Assembly (NCBI RefSeq): GCF_009914755.1 | Contig: NC_060926.1 | Length of the DNA: 64,000 nucleotides | Direction: 5' to 3' (one strand) | Source of the DNA: the human T2T-CHM13v2.0 reference genome, Homo sapiens | In this document: positions 1 to 13,004 of the stretch, piece after piece | How the letters are laid out: every line of letters begins with the position of its first letter | How positions within the stretch are numbered: the first letter of the stretch is position 1 | The notes under the pieces: model-generated | What the model was told of the DNA's origin: nothing | Databases searched by the model: none | The model's input: only the letters and a program-made list of their open reading frames with translations | Position numbers and translations under genes: made by a program

Positions 1-709
1 GTTTTAATGAAAAACCACCAGTTTTAATGCGAAATATGAATGAGACAAACAAATCAAATGAAGTTAACCAAACAATATTTACCAACTAATATCGTACAGT
101 TACCTTAACGACAAAGAAATTGGACATTTGGGGATTTGTGGTTAAAACCCAAAACGACCTACCATAATCAAACAAGTTCTGTAAAATTCCACAGTTCATC
201 ATAAAATTCATGGAAAGTCTGTTTCATCTACCAGAAAATTTCCTTCTTCACTCTCACATAACTAATTCTCCCAATCTATGAGTAAGATTATGCTTCAGGG
301 AAATGTAATCCTTAATTGCTAGCCTAAGTCATTGGTAGTTTGAGAGGTACTGATTTAGCTGTTGCTAGAAAATTGAATAGCAGAATGTTGGAAGTGGAAG
401 AAAATTAGAGACTATGGGCCCACCCTTTGGTATTAGAGAGGGTGTGTGACGGTTCAACAAAATGTCTTGTAGTTTATTAGCAACTAACTCAGATTCTGCT
501 TGAATTCTCATGTCTTGCCACAGCATCTAGTCAACTTCTCATTAGCTGGATGCTGCTTGGGCCACTACTTGTTACTGCATTGCTGCTCAATAGAATTTCA
601 TTTCTATGTGGTTTGTTTAATAACCACACAACATAGAATCATCTAAATGTACCATCAGGTAAAGCTTATTGTAAAGTCATGACAGATTTCAAGAGATAGG
701 GGCTCACAT

Positions 710-826
710 CATCATTATTATTATTATCATTATTATTAGAGTCAGGGTCTCCCTCTGCCACACAGGCTGGAGTGCAGTGACATTATCTTGGCTCAATGCC
801 GCCTCGACCTCCCAGGCCCAAACTAT
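710..826 (-). mobile_element. 5'-truncated old Alu (AluJ-like, right-arm 3' part) with (ATT)n tail
   Basis: GAGTCAGGGTCTCCCTCTG...CAGGCTGGAGTGCAGTG; degenerate TSD TAGGGGCTCACAT (697-709) / TAGGAGCTCATAT (827-839). Confidence 0.85.
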
Positions 827-2404
827 TAGGAGCTCATATTAAATAATCATTGGAACACCTTTCAGCTCTCTCTAATAAGAAGCTGGATGATATGAGAACT
901 ATGTTAAGATCGTATGTAATTTTTTAAAATCACAAAAGTGAATGGGCTTTGGAAAATAAATAAAATAGTAAAGTCTCTCTACTCCTGAAGATTTTAAGTA
1001 CTGTGCTTATACTCTTGCTAGAAAACCATGAAAACTTTCTCCATTATCATCATTCTATTCTGATCAGCCCGGTAGTCAACATTGTCAATGGTGTGCACTA
1101 TAATTGAAGGGGAAAAAAAGAAATTATTTCTGACTTATCTCATTTCAAATGCACGCTTGCATGATGATGTATTACACAAAGCCATTATCACAATTAAGTT
1201 AAAGCAAAGCTTGTGACCACCTAAAATGTTTGATTTTTCTCTTAACAAAAATAATAAAGAGATTTAGTCCAAAATAAGGAAATCAACTGTATAAAAAGAG
1301 ATAAAGCATGATTTTACAGGAAGAAGGATTTCAATGTAGAAAATTCCTTTGTCAATATATTTTAAAAATTCTACTTTGGACCCACTATCACATATTCAAT
1401 ATTTTAGCAAGAAGGGAATTTCCTCCCTCCCCTCCACTGTGTATATTTCCTCTCTCCCCTCCTCTTCTGTATATTTGGTATACAGATACCAGATCCTTGC
1501 TTTATAACCCATGGAAACCTACCCAAAGATCAGAGGCATATGAGATTAAAATCTGGGGCATAATCTTCTAAACAGTATGTGTTGGGTCTTTTTGGAAATT
1601 TATTGGTCAAAACATTTTTTGTAAAATGGAAAGAAGATTTTAGTAGAGGAGAAACATTTCTATCAAGAGAACCTAAACAGTAGTTTCCTCAGATTTTCAT
1701 GCCACTCCCCCAACACGTGATTCTTCTCTAAATCCCTGGCTGAGCAAGGAACCATTTTAATTAGACTCTGAGGCAAGCAACATTGTGTCCATGGTAACAG
1801 GTATAAAAAGAACTTAAAAAAAAAGAAAAAAATAAGAAAAAAATGTGATAACTGAAAATGTGTTTAAATCATGATAAAAGGATTTAAACAGATGTTATTT
1901 TTTTCAAAGTGTTATTTTAAAAAAGAATTTTAAAGGGCTCTTGATATGAGAAAAAATCATTTTTGGATGTATCTTTAGGGAAGGTTTCTCACTCCTAAAT
2001 TCTGTAGTTCATGATTGCTATGGGTGAGTTGGATGCCTGTTAAGTGAAAGGGGCGCCCAAGGGGAGAAATCAGAAAGTAAAACCAAGGTACCTTCAGGTA
2101 GATGCTTCAGATCAGGTGAGCTAAAGTCTCTGCAGTGTTGTTTAGTAGGCTGCATGTGTTACGGTCCTTTTTTATTAAAGTTTGTGTTCAGAAAAGAGAA
2201 AGTACAGGACTTGAGTTTTGGAGACTGGTAGGGGTGTGGATAAACCTGGATATATTGCTTAGAAAATGACAAAAAATGAAGAAGCATAGAGCAGTGTATC
2301 CTTCAGTGGTAGATGCACTTGCTTCCACAGCTTTAGACAAGCCTGAACTTATGTGAAATAATTTTCTTACACTATGAATTTGACCACCTCTTTATTATGT
2401 GCAT

Positions 2405-2568
2405 TCTCTCTCTCTATATATATATATAGATATATAATTCATTTTATATATGATGTATATAATTCATTCACTTTAGATATATATAATATATTGCATATAT
2501 TATTTATGTATATATATATAGAGAGAGAGAGAGTGAGACAGAGACAGAGAGAGGGAGACAGAGAGAGG
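2405..2568. repeat. Compound (TC)n/(TA)n/(GA)n simple repeat
   Basis: Visible dinucleotide runs. Confidence 0.85.
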
Positions 2569-3984
2569 CAGTCATAGTCAAGAGGTTATCCCTAGCAACC
2601 CACATTTTCAGAATCAGTAGAAAGTCATTATGAACAAGGCCAAGGTAAGAAGAGGGGCTTGTCCTCATGTTGATTTTTTGTTTTTCTGCCAATTACTTTC
2701 TCCAGGAATAGTGATTCTGCCACTTTGTTTGAAATATACAAATGACTCCCTGAAGTTAATTGTCCCTCAGAAAGCCCAGGCAAATTCCATGGAACTAAGT
2801 GAAGGGTAAGTTATAAGAGGAAACCCAGAGAGAGTAGTAGGAAAGGAGACTTTGGGCCTGGCAGAAGGATGGCTTATTTTGGCTGGATTCCTTCTGAAGC
2901 TTAACTACCCACTGATTGAAAGCAAATTGGATGTTAAGGAAGGCTGGAGTGCCCATGTGAAGGAAAACAAACAAGCAGTGACCCTAAGTTGGTCTTGGAG
3001 GAAGTCAAATCTCTTGTTGCTTTGCCTCAAATGTTGAAAGAACTTAAATACAGCTTTGTGTACAACATAATTTTCAGTTATTTGGATTTTTGTAAATAAA
3101 CTGGTTATCTGAGAAAATACCAGCCAGTAGAGGTGAACTCTGAAGAGTAGGAGAGAATGTGGGAAAATAAATTAAAGTATTTTATTTTAAATTTGTTCTT
3201 AGATTTGATATTTAAATTAATAGGCTTTCTAAGAGTAGTAAGTCTAGATTTATCATATAAGATAAAGAGTATAACAGCATAGCACTGATTATAAATCATT
3301 TTTTATTGAACGGGGAATTACATTTCATACATCATTCACAAATTGATATAGTAATTACAAAAATATTCCTGATTCTACATACACATACAAACGAACTCAC
3401 GCACGTGAAGACATACTCATATAAACATACACACATAGATATTCACACTTACATGCAAACAGGAAAAAATCAGCTGTACATGGAATCTCATATTATAGAT
3501 GGATTTCACTTCTGCTACTCTATTACAATGTGAGTATAATACCTACTTACAATTAAATTCTACACTCTGAAGTTTCATTTTACACTCTCTCAATTTGCCT
3601 AAGTGCAAAATTGTATGTGTTTGTGAAGACATTTGTAATAAAAGGAGAATCTTTTCCCAAAGTTTTTATTTTTGGATATCATTTCTATGATATTAATAGG
3701 TGTCCCATAAGGAAAAGGTCTCCATAGCTACATGTGTTTATAGAAATTATGGTTTAAACTCATTTTTTTCATGAAAAACTTCAAGATTTTTAACTTATTT
3801 ATTATGAATCTCTCAATGAGAGTTATTCTATATTGGCCAAACAAATTTGTTCATGGAAAGTTATTTTCGCAGCATCTTCTAAGAAAAATAAAACATAAGA
3901 TGAGATACATTGACAAATAGAAGGTCACTGTGGTTCAAACAGTTATTGTTCAAAGTCTACATCCTTTTAAAATGAATGCTAGTT

Positions 3985-4175
3985 GCATATCTACTAGGCC
4001 AAACACTGTACAACAGCTTGTTTTGTCCTTGGGATAACCCCATGAGATACATGTGAATATCTGCCTTTAATGAACAAACAAGCTAAGACCCAAGAAGGCT
4101 AAATATTTTTTCTCAAGTCCATGCGGCTAACAAAGATGAAGCTAAATCTTGAAATAATGTGTTCTGTAGACTATG
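3985..4175 (-). mobile_element. MIR fragment
   Basis: Degraded MIR core (AACAAGCTAAGACCCAAGAAGGCTAAAT...CTCAAGTCCATGCGGCTA). Confidence 0.5.
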
Positions 4176-4459
4176 TTCTACCAGAAATGATAAGCAGCCT
4201 ACTGACTTATTTTTCAAATCAGCATCCATGCATGCGCTATGCAAGTAAGAGTACAGTTTTGAGAAAGGAGAGTATTTCTCTTTACGTCATGATTTTAGAG
4301 GTGCCAGGAAACCTGCCCCCCTCCTCAAAATGCCTTCTCAAACCATCTACATAATGCAAAACTTCTGAGTAGAAATGCTTCTTTTAAAAGATTTATTTTC
4401 TCCTCTGAAAAATGCAAATATTCTTGCAAATTCTTTAACACTGTCTCAATACTTTAAAG

Positions 4460-4615
4460 AAGTTCCCAAATCTGGCTGAGCAGCAGCAATTACTTAGAAA
4501 AAACTTTAAAAATATATAGACACCTTACAAAACCCTAGATCTTTTCAAACATAGTAGCTAAAGCTGGAGTTGAGAAATCTTTATTAATATTTTGAAGTTC
4601 CCAGGTAATTTTAGT
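4460..4615. mobile_element. MER5-type hAT-Charlie MITE
   Basis: GTTCCCAAATCTGGCTG...CAATTACTT...AAGTTCCCAGGTAATT resembles MER5A/B. Confidence 0.5.
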
Positions 4616-4687
4616 AATTATTACTTAAATCTCTATCAATCTTTTCCCTTCTCAGTGTGAATGGACTAATTAGAGAGACATTACAAC

Positions 4688-4870
4688 AGTACAGAACTGT
4701 AAATTTGGAGTCACAGGATTTGAATTGAAATCTCAGTTTCACCACTTAATCTCTATAAGAGGCTGGACAAAATAAATCGTCCCTTTTTGACTTAAATGTA
4801 TTCATTTTATAATGGGGATACTAATATTTCTCAAATATTGTTATTATTATTAAAATATATAATGACGGCA
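4688..4870 (+). mobile_element. MIR fragment
   Basis: TTTGGAGTCACAGGATTTGAATTGAAATCTCAGTTTCACCACTTA...AATGGGGATACTAATA. Confidence 0.65.
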
Positions 4871-5364
4871 AAGAGCTTTTTGTATGCTATATACTTGTTG
4901 TTTCATCTTCTTTCTTAAGAGTACAGTTTTATTCCTGGTGCCACATGGAAGAATTAAGACACTGTTTCAGCATTGAAAAAGACAGGCTGATACAGAAAAG
5001 AAAAGGACACAGCCAGGAATAGGGGCCTCCCGCGTTTCTCCTTGGCCTTTCCATATTTGTGCTTCTTCCCTGGGTCTTTTTCATCAGAATGAAACTGAAG
5101 GACACTTTGGCCCCAGAGGTGTCGTCATGACTGAGTCTGGATCAGATTCGGCTTACTTGAGCCTTTCTTGTTGGCAGCTATTGTGGCTTTAAATAAAGTC
5201 GCGTCTATGAAAAAGCAGACCAGACTAGGCTCAAAGGAGAATCCCCATTCTTGATGACACTGTTATCTGAGTATACCACTTCTAAAATATGATACTGACC
5301 AAAAAGGGGATTCATATGATCTATTTCCAGAGTTTAGGGTGCAGTCTTAAGAAACAGTTTCTTG

Positions 5365-5490
5365 CAGCAGAGTGAGACCACATCTTAACAAAAAAAAAAA
5401 AAAAAAAAAAAATTAGCTAGGCATGGTGGCATGTGCCTGTGGTCCCTGCTACTTGGGAGGCTGAGGTGACAGGATTGCTTGAGCCTGGGA
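5365..5490 (+). mobile_element. Internal Alu fragment (end of left arm, A-rich linker, first part of right arm), AluJ-like
   Basis: AGAGTGAGACC...A-run...ATTAGCTAGGCATGGTGG...GGATTGCTTGAGCCTGGGA; no 3' end or tail. Confidence 0.85.
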
Positions 5491-5499
5491 AAGAAATAA

Positions 5500-5785
5500 T
5501 TTTGTTTTGCTTTGAGGCAGAGTTTTGCTCTGTCACCCAGGCTGTAGTGCAGTGGTATGATCTCGGCTGACTGCAACCCCTACCTCCCGAGTTCAAGCAG
5601 TTCTCCTGCCTTAGCCACTCAAATAGCTGGAATCACAGACAAGCCACCATGCCTGGCTAATTTTTGTCTTTTTAGTAGAGATGGGATTTCATCATGTTGG
5701 CCAGGCTGGTCTTGAACAACTGACTTCAGGTCATCTGCCCACCACAATCTCCCAAAGTGCTGGGAGAGAGCTACCGTGCCCAGCC
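5500..5785 (-). mobile_element. Full-length Alu (AluS/J)
   Basis: Both arms present; TSD-like AGAAATA(A/G)TTT at 5492 and 5786. Confidence 0.95.
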
Positions 5786-6596
5786 AGAAATAGTTTCTTA
5801 AAGCAAATTCTTGTTAATACTAACAAAGTTTCAAAGTTGAATTACTAAAAAATAATCTTTGAATATATAAATAGAGCTTTTGTGTTTTTATTCATTGACT
5901 TTTGTTTTTTTTCACTAAATGAGTGAAATGTAATACAGGGCCTTAAATCTGTGTTATTGTTTTTGTTTTGATTGGTTGATTCTCTGGACACCTTGACTTG
6001 ACACAACATAGAAACCCCAAATATTTACATCATAATAAGTGGCTAGCTTATGGAGATTCACAATCACAGGTCTATTTTTGAACATATTTTTCTTCTTGCA
6101 TATTAAATATTTTCCAATTTTCAAGTACAAAATCTCTTTTTTATATTAATAGTATAAGATAGCATTAAAGTGCTATTAAAGGGAAACAATGCGTTTCTAC
6201 ATAAAATGGAAGGGTCTAAATTATTGTCATATTTTTAAACCAAAATTAATTGTGTTATGCTTCTCCAATGGCTGAAATGCTTTTTAAAATGTGTCTAGGC
6301 ATACTTATTGATATCACAACTTTGGAATTGTAAGGACACAATAAGTGAATAATTTTCATAAGATTCTTTTTTATTTGACTTATTTTTATGAATCTCCTAC
6401 TGCTACAAGCTACACAATATACATGTGTTGCAAGAAAATAAAAGAATCTTCATCAAGTGAATAATGTTGCCAATTGAAGAAAGCTGTGTAGCCATGCTAT
6501 TACAAGGTACTACAGCTCCAAATAGTTGTCAGCCAGCTCTCATTTTGCTCATTATCCAATTCTTCCCTGTTACCAGAAAACCGTGCCACCTAGAAG

Positions 6597-6676
6597 TTAG
6601 TTGATCTATATGAAATTGCAAAGGTTTAACCATTTTTTATCTGGAAAGGAATGAGCATTTCTTACAGTTCCATTAA
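6597..6676. mobile_element. Degraded MADE2-like mariner MITE (~80 bp)
   Basis: TTAGTTGATCTATATGAAATTGC...GCATTTCTTACAGTTCCATTAA; imperfect terminal inverted repeats resembling the recalled MADE2 consensus. Confidence 0.45.
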
Positions 6677-9600
6677 ACATTGAATCAGTTACATGTCAGA
6701 AGACAGTCAAATTAGTATTACCAAGTCTAGCAAAAAGCACATTCTTCCTCAAATAAAAACAAAAAGAAAAAAATTCCAAGGCACAGACAAATTCAAATAG
6801 ATAGGTAAGCTTATTCATAGTTCAAACAATTTTCTCAATTCAATAAATGATAGACCATTTTTTGTTTCATAGGGTGTTAACAAGAATGAGCTTTACTATA
6901 ATAACCGCCTCCAATTTGCAATTTATTATATAAACTTCTTCCAATTGCACCATTAAAATAGTGCAAGAACAATTTCTTATGACACGAGAAGTCTTCTGGA
7001 CACTGATTACGGTACATAGTGCTAATGCTTACAATATAGCTCTTATAGGATTCTGCAGTTTGTTCATTCATCAGAAATAGATAAGAAAAAAAGGCTTGAA
7101 TCAATCTCACACAAGCTGGTATGAAAATAGACATGTTTTAATGATCAGTAATATCAATATAATTCTTTCATCGTATCATTTGTTATCAAAACATTTTGAG
7201 ATATGGAATATTGATAAAATTCTAAGAGAATATCTCCAAGACTGGAAATTTCAAAATTAAAAGCAATACTTAGAGAAAATTGCCACAATCTCATAGTGGA
7301 AATGGATTATTACAATATTTAAAAAAACAGCCAGAGTAAATTCAATATGTAGGTAAAATGTATTAAAACTATGCATATTATAATTGTTCACTAAGGCAGC
7401 CCATTATACCTGATAGAAATTTTAAAATAGGAATTTGGGAAAGGTTAGTCAATGAGATTCTGGACCCAAGCCCAGATCTCTTTATTCTCCCTTTAAAGTT
7501 TCCTCTAACTAATTAAACTGCTTCACTGTGTCCTAAAACAGAATATTTATATCATATATTACTTTTGTGTACCATAGATTTTATTCCATAGATTAAGGCC
7601 TGTTACCTGTCAAGAATCTGAATTAGAATAAAATAATATTGCCATTTTTCATTGTCTCAGTCCCCACTTCCTTTCTTCTTTTTGTTCTCCGCTATATTTT
7701 TAAAGCTGGTGCTGTCTGTGACATGCACTATTACTATTGGCATTTTATTGTGGCACAGGGTGGAGATGAGAGAGATCTCCCTAAAGTAAGCTTTATGTTT
7801 CTTAATGTATCCGTCAGTATAAACATTGTTTTAATTAGTAAATTCACTGGCAATAAGCCTAAATTAACAATAGTGGCCTGGCCACATAGCCTTAAATAAT
7901 AGTAGTGCCCTCATCCTCAAAACTAAATAAAAGAAAACAAAAACAACACCTAACAACGAAACAAGGCTTATTCTCAGCTGATGAGACCAAACACCGGTTT
8001 GAAGGCCTTAGTGTGTGGTTGCACCTACAAACTCTTCCTATGGCCAGCCTGGGATGAAAAGGGATGCTCTAAGGGTGTGCACTATATATTTACCAAGTGC
8101 TGTGTCTGGTTTTGCTGTGTGTTCATCTTTGTCCTTCATATTCTAACTGTAGATGCTGAGTCAGATGATGCTCACCAGGGAATACATTCTTTCAAGTGAT
8201 GTCTTCAATTACTAAACATGCATCCTCTTGTCTTAGGATTTCTGATTATCTAGTTACCTGAAAATGTATTGTACAGAAGTATTTAAGAAGTGTTCACCAT
8301 GAAGTGTGCCTAGATATGCCTATTAAGCCTAAATAGCACTTTTTAAACAAATCACAAATTTAGCCATCTATATCCTTGTTCTGTTTTGTTTTAACAAAAA
8401 AAAATTTCCACTCTATTTTATTTCTGGATGTTTGGTTTAAGTAAAATATAAGTCCAAACTTTTGCAAATATAGAAAAAAATCATGTTGATTAAGGATGTA
8501 AAAAATGCAGTCTCTTCCTAGTTATAATACACCATGGTGGTGGTTTAAAACTAGAAAGTTTCCATTTAATGTAACCCAATGTTGCTTTTCTAAATGTTAG
8601 AAATTGTTACCCTTATTATTTTTTGGTTTATCTGAACACCAATCGCAGATAACTTGAGATTTCAAGTCAAAGTTGCTCTTTCACGGTAATTCCATTTAAA
8701 GTCTTGTTATATTTCTTGCTCTTATCAAAAAGCTTGTATCTAAACTTAAATGGAAGTCACATATGTAGCTTTGTGAGATCCCTAGTATCCTTTAAATGTT
8801 CCATGGGGCTCAGCCAAATGAGTAATTGTCCATCAGCTTATGGTTCATTAGGAACCACAAATCAGTTGAGTGGGAGGTGTTTCATAGGAAACTATTCAAA
8901 CCTAAGTTTTGCTAGATTTCTGATGAATAGAATAGCCTAGGATAAGAAACTTTCATCTAGGAGCTCCAAGGTAGTTAGGCTGGTGGTAGCTAAGGCCTCT
9001 AAAGCTAATTGGGCAGATAAGAAAAAGGGGTAGCAATATGGTCAGGACATAGAAAGGAGACATTCCTCGGTGCTTATTGGCGAGTAGATGGCTGAGCTGG
9101 AAGGGTGATCTGTAAATGAAATTCACTAAAGAATTAAACTTCAAGAGGCATTCTCCACAATGAAAAATACAGCAATAAACCTTACAATTGTGATTTTTGT
9201 TTCTTTCTAAGGGGAAGACTATTTTCTTGTATGTATCAATTGCAAATCATTTTATTATAAGTGGTGTTTAGCTTCATAAGCAATCTCTTAAAATTGATTT
9301 TTACAAAAATATTTTCAATTATTATTTTCAATTAGACTACTATTTTAAGGGGAATAAAACTGTAGCATACTTCTAAATAGATGATTTCCCTGGATCATTT
9401 CTCCACCATTTTTTACCCTATGTGCATATGGCAAGAATCATTTAGTAGTGGATTTTCTCCTTAGTCCTATGGAAAGATAAATATATATTCCAAGTTTCAG
9501 AAATGCATGAAGAAAACCAGGTACCCGTGTTAAGGTTATTTGATATTAAGAAAAGCTTTGAAGTTACTGAATCTTACTGAAACGAACACAAACCAAAAAT

Positions 9601-9970
9601 AGCTTTATGCAGCATTCCAAGAAAGATTGGAGAGATGCAGAAATAGTCTGCAAAGTTTTCTCAGATTCCAGTGATTTTGATACTTGAAAAGTGAAAGGGA
9701 ACCTATGCACTAATTCAAATGATAAGCTAGCCTTTTAGAATCTTATACATATACTATATTGTTAATTAAAACATACTTTAATTGAGTAGATTAATTGGAT
9801 AACTGTAACACAAACCATCTAGGCTTGCTTTATGCATATTAGAAAATTTCCTTAACCCAAAGAAGTATATTGTCCTACATGTCCTTTGGAAGAACTCTAA
9901 AAGGCACATCTTACCTGGGGGAGAAAAAAAGGGAGTGGTCTGGGAAATCTGTTAAAACACAGGTTACTTA

Positions 9971-10414
<444 letters not shown>

Positions 10415-10566
10415 TCACAGTAGCTAATCTGGGCAGGCATCACCTTGGGAAGGACAGCAAAGACAATCCAAACATTTTATGCTTTTCAGAAGAGACCATA
10501 AAGAGAAGGAACATGGCAGTTACAGTATCACATTGACTAGAAAGAAACAGAGTACTACCACAAGAA

Positions 10567-11352
10567 TATAGAAAAAGCAAACAGGTCTTCCTATTCTCTG
10601 TTTACCACTCAATACTTCTGTGACCTCTGATCACTAAGAAATGAGTGAGTATTTTCCCCACCAGACGTGTCCGCAATTCTGACTCTATCTGCCTGAAGAT
10701 AGCATCAGATCTCACAGGCTGAGGACTCAGTCCCAAGACTGCCCTCTAATTCACATGCGAATTGCAAGCCCCAGGTTGTGAACTGTACTTCTCATTAACC
10801 AGATATAAATCCAGGTTCCCACACCCTACTCCTTGGGTTTGATTAATTTGCTAGAGCAGCTTATAGAACTCAGAGAAATACTTTACTTACATTTACCCAT
10901 TTATTATGAAGGATATTATAAAAGATACAGATGAACAGCCAGATGAAAGAGTTATACAGGGCAAGGCATGGAAGAAGGAGCATGGGATCTCCTCTCTTGT
11001 GCACCACCCTCCAGGAACCTCTACATGTTTAGCGATCCAGAAGCTGTCTGGACTCAGTCCTTTTGAGTTTTATGTAAGCTTTATTACCTAAGCACAACTG
11101 ATTAAATCACTGACCCTTAGTGATCAACTCAACCTTCAGCCCATCTCCCCTCCCTGGAGGTTAGAGGGTGGGGCTGAAAGTCCCACACCTCTAAACATGC
11201 CTTTGTGTTTCCTGTGATCAGCCCCCATATTGAAACTATTTAGAACCTTCCAGCTACCAGTCATCTCTTAGCTCACAAGGGACACTAATCACCTCAGAGA
11301 TTCCAAGGCTTTCAGGAGCTGTATGTCAGGAAACCAGGCTAAAGACCAAATA
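10567..11352 (-). mobile_element. MER21 LTR, main body; its 5' tip continues at 12635-12651
   Basis: Reverse complement TATTTGGTCTTTAGCCTGGTTTCCTGACATACAGCTCCTGAAAGCCTTGGAATCTC matches the MER21 5' region; internal GATTAATTTGCTAGAGCAGC...AGAACTCAG. Confidence 0.8.
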
Positions 11353-12103
11353 CAACTGACCCTTGAACAACACAGGTTTGAACTTCAAGGATCCACTTAT
11401 ATGCACTTTTTTTTTTTTTTTTTTTTTTGAGATGGATTCTCACCCTGTTGCCCAGGCTGCAGTGCAGTGGCGGATCTCAGCTCACTGCAACCTCTGTCTC
11501 CTGGGTTCAAGTGATTCTCCTGCCTCAGCCTCCCAAGTAGCTGGGATTACAGGCTCCTGCCATCACTCCTGGCTAATTTTTGTATTTTTAGTAGAGACCA
11601 GGTTTTATCACGTTGGCCAGGCTGGTCTTGAACTACTGACCTCAGGTGATCCACCTGCCTCGGCCTCCCAACATGCCTCGGCCTCCCAACATGCTGGGAT
11701 TACAGGTGTGAGCCACTGTGTCCAGCCTATATGCAGATTTTTTCCACCTGTGCCACCCTTGAGACAGCAAGACCAACCCCTTCTCTTCCTCTTCCTTCTC
11801 AGCCTAATCAATGTGAAGACAATGATAAAGGCTTTATGATGATTCACCTGGATTTAATGAATATATATTCTCTTTCTTATAAATTTTCTAATAACATTTT
11901 CTTTCCTATAGCTTACTTTATTGGAAGACTATAGTATAGAATACATAAAACTTACAAAATATGTGTTAATCAATCAATATGGCTTCCAGTCAACAGAAGG
12001 CTATTTGTAGTTATATTTTGGAAGAGTCAAAAGTTACACCTGGATTTTTTTTCCTGCATGGGGGTTGGCCCCCTTAACCCTCACAGTGTTCAAGGATAAA
12101 CAG
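11353..12103 (+). mobile_element. Tigger2a-like MITE interrupted by an Alu
   Basis: TIRs CAACTGACCCTTGAACAACAC and GTGTTCAAGGATAAACAG, TA flanks; about 430 bp once the Alu is removed. Confidence 0.85.
11407..11727 (-). mobile_element. AluS(x/z) inside Tigger2a, with an internal 18-bp tandem duplication
   Basis: Poly-T, both arms; TSD TATATGCA at 11398-11405 and 11728-11735. Confidence 0.95.
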
Positions 12104-12109
12104 TATATA

Positions 12110-12634
12110 TAGTCATGAGCCGCATAACAACGTTTCAGTCAACAGCAGATGACATATATGATGGTGGTCTCATAAGATTATAATGCAGCTAAAAAATTTC
12201 TGTCATCTAGTGAAACCATAGCCATTGTAAGGTCATAGTGTGATTACTTTTTTAAAATAAATGAAGTGTAGCCTAAATTTACAGTGTTTATAAAGTGTAC
12301 AGTAATGTCTCAGGCCTTCGCAATCGCTCACCACTCATTCACTGACTCAGTCAGAGCAACTTGAATCCTGCAAGCTCCATTCATGGTAAGTGCCCTATAC
12401 AGGTATACCATTTTTTAAATCTTTTATATCATATTTTTACTGTATATGTTCTATGTTAACATATGTTTAGGTGAATACTTACCATTGTGTTACAGTTGCC
12501 TACATTATTCAGTACATAACATGCTGTACAAGATTATAGCATAAAAGCAACACCCTATGATGTTCACATGGGACAAAATTGCCTACCAATGCCTTTCTCA
12601 GAATGTGTCCTCATCATTATGTGACACATGACTA
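12110..12634 (+). mobile_element. Tigger3 (Golem/MER7)-type non-autonomous element
   Basis: Start AGTCATGAGCCGCATAACAACGTTTCAGTCAAC; end CATTATGTGACACATGACT; TA flanks. Confidence 0.85.
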
Positions 12635-12716
12635 TATTTCACAATAGCATAATTATTTTATTTCCTTTTTCCTGAACAATTAATTAATCTTATCTAGCTT
12701 CAAGACTGTATACTTA

Positions 12717-13004
<288 letters not shown>

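Noticed and set aside
1785-1798. RFX X-box-like GTGTCCATGGTAAC, and ARE-like TGCTGAGTCA at 8154-8163
   Set aside because: Isolated motifs that could occur by chance in 64 kb; no supporting context
11363-11839. 158-aa ORF, the longest in the track
   Set aside because: Read-through of Tigger2a plus an antisense Alu; typical Alu-derived pseudo-peptide
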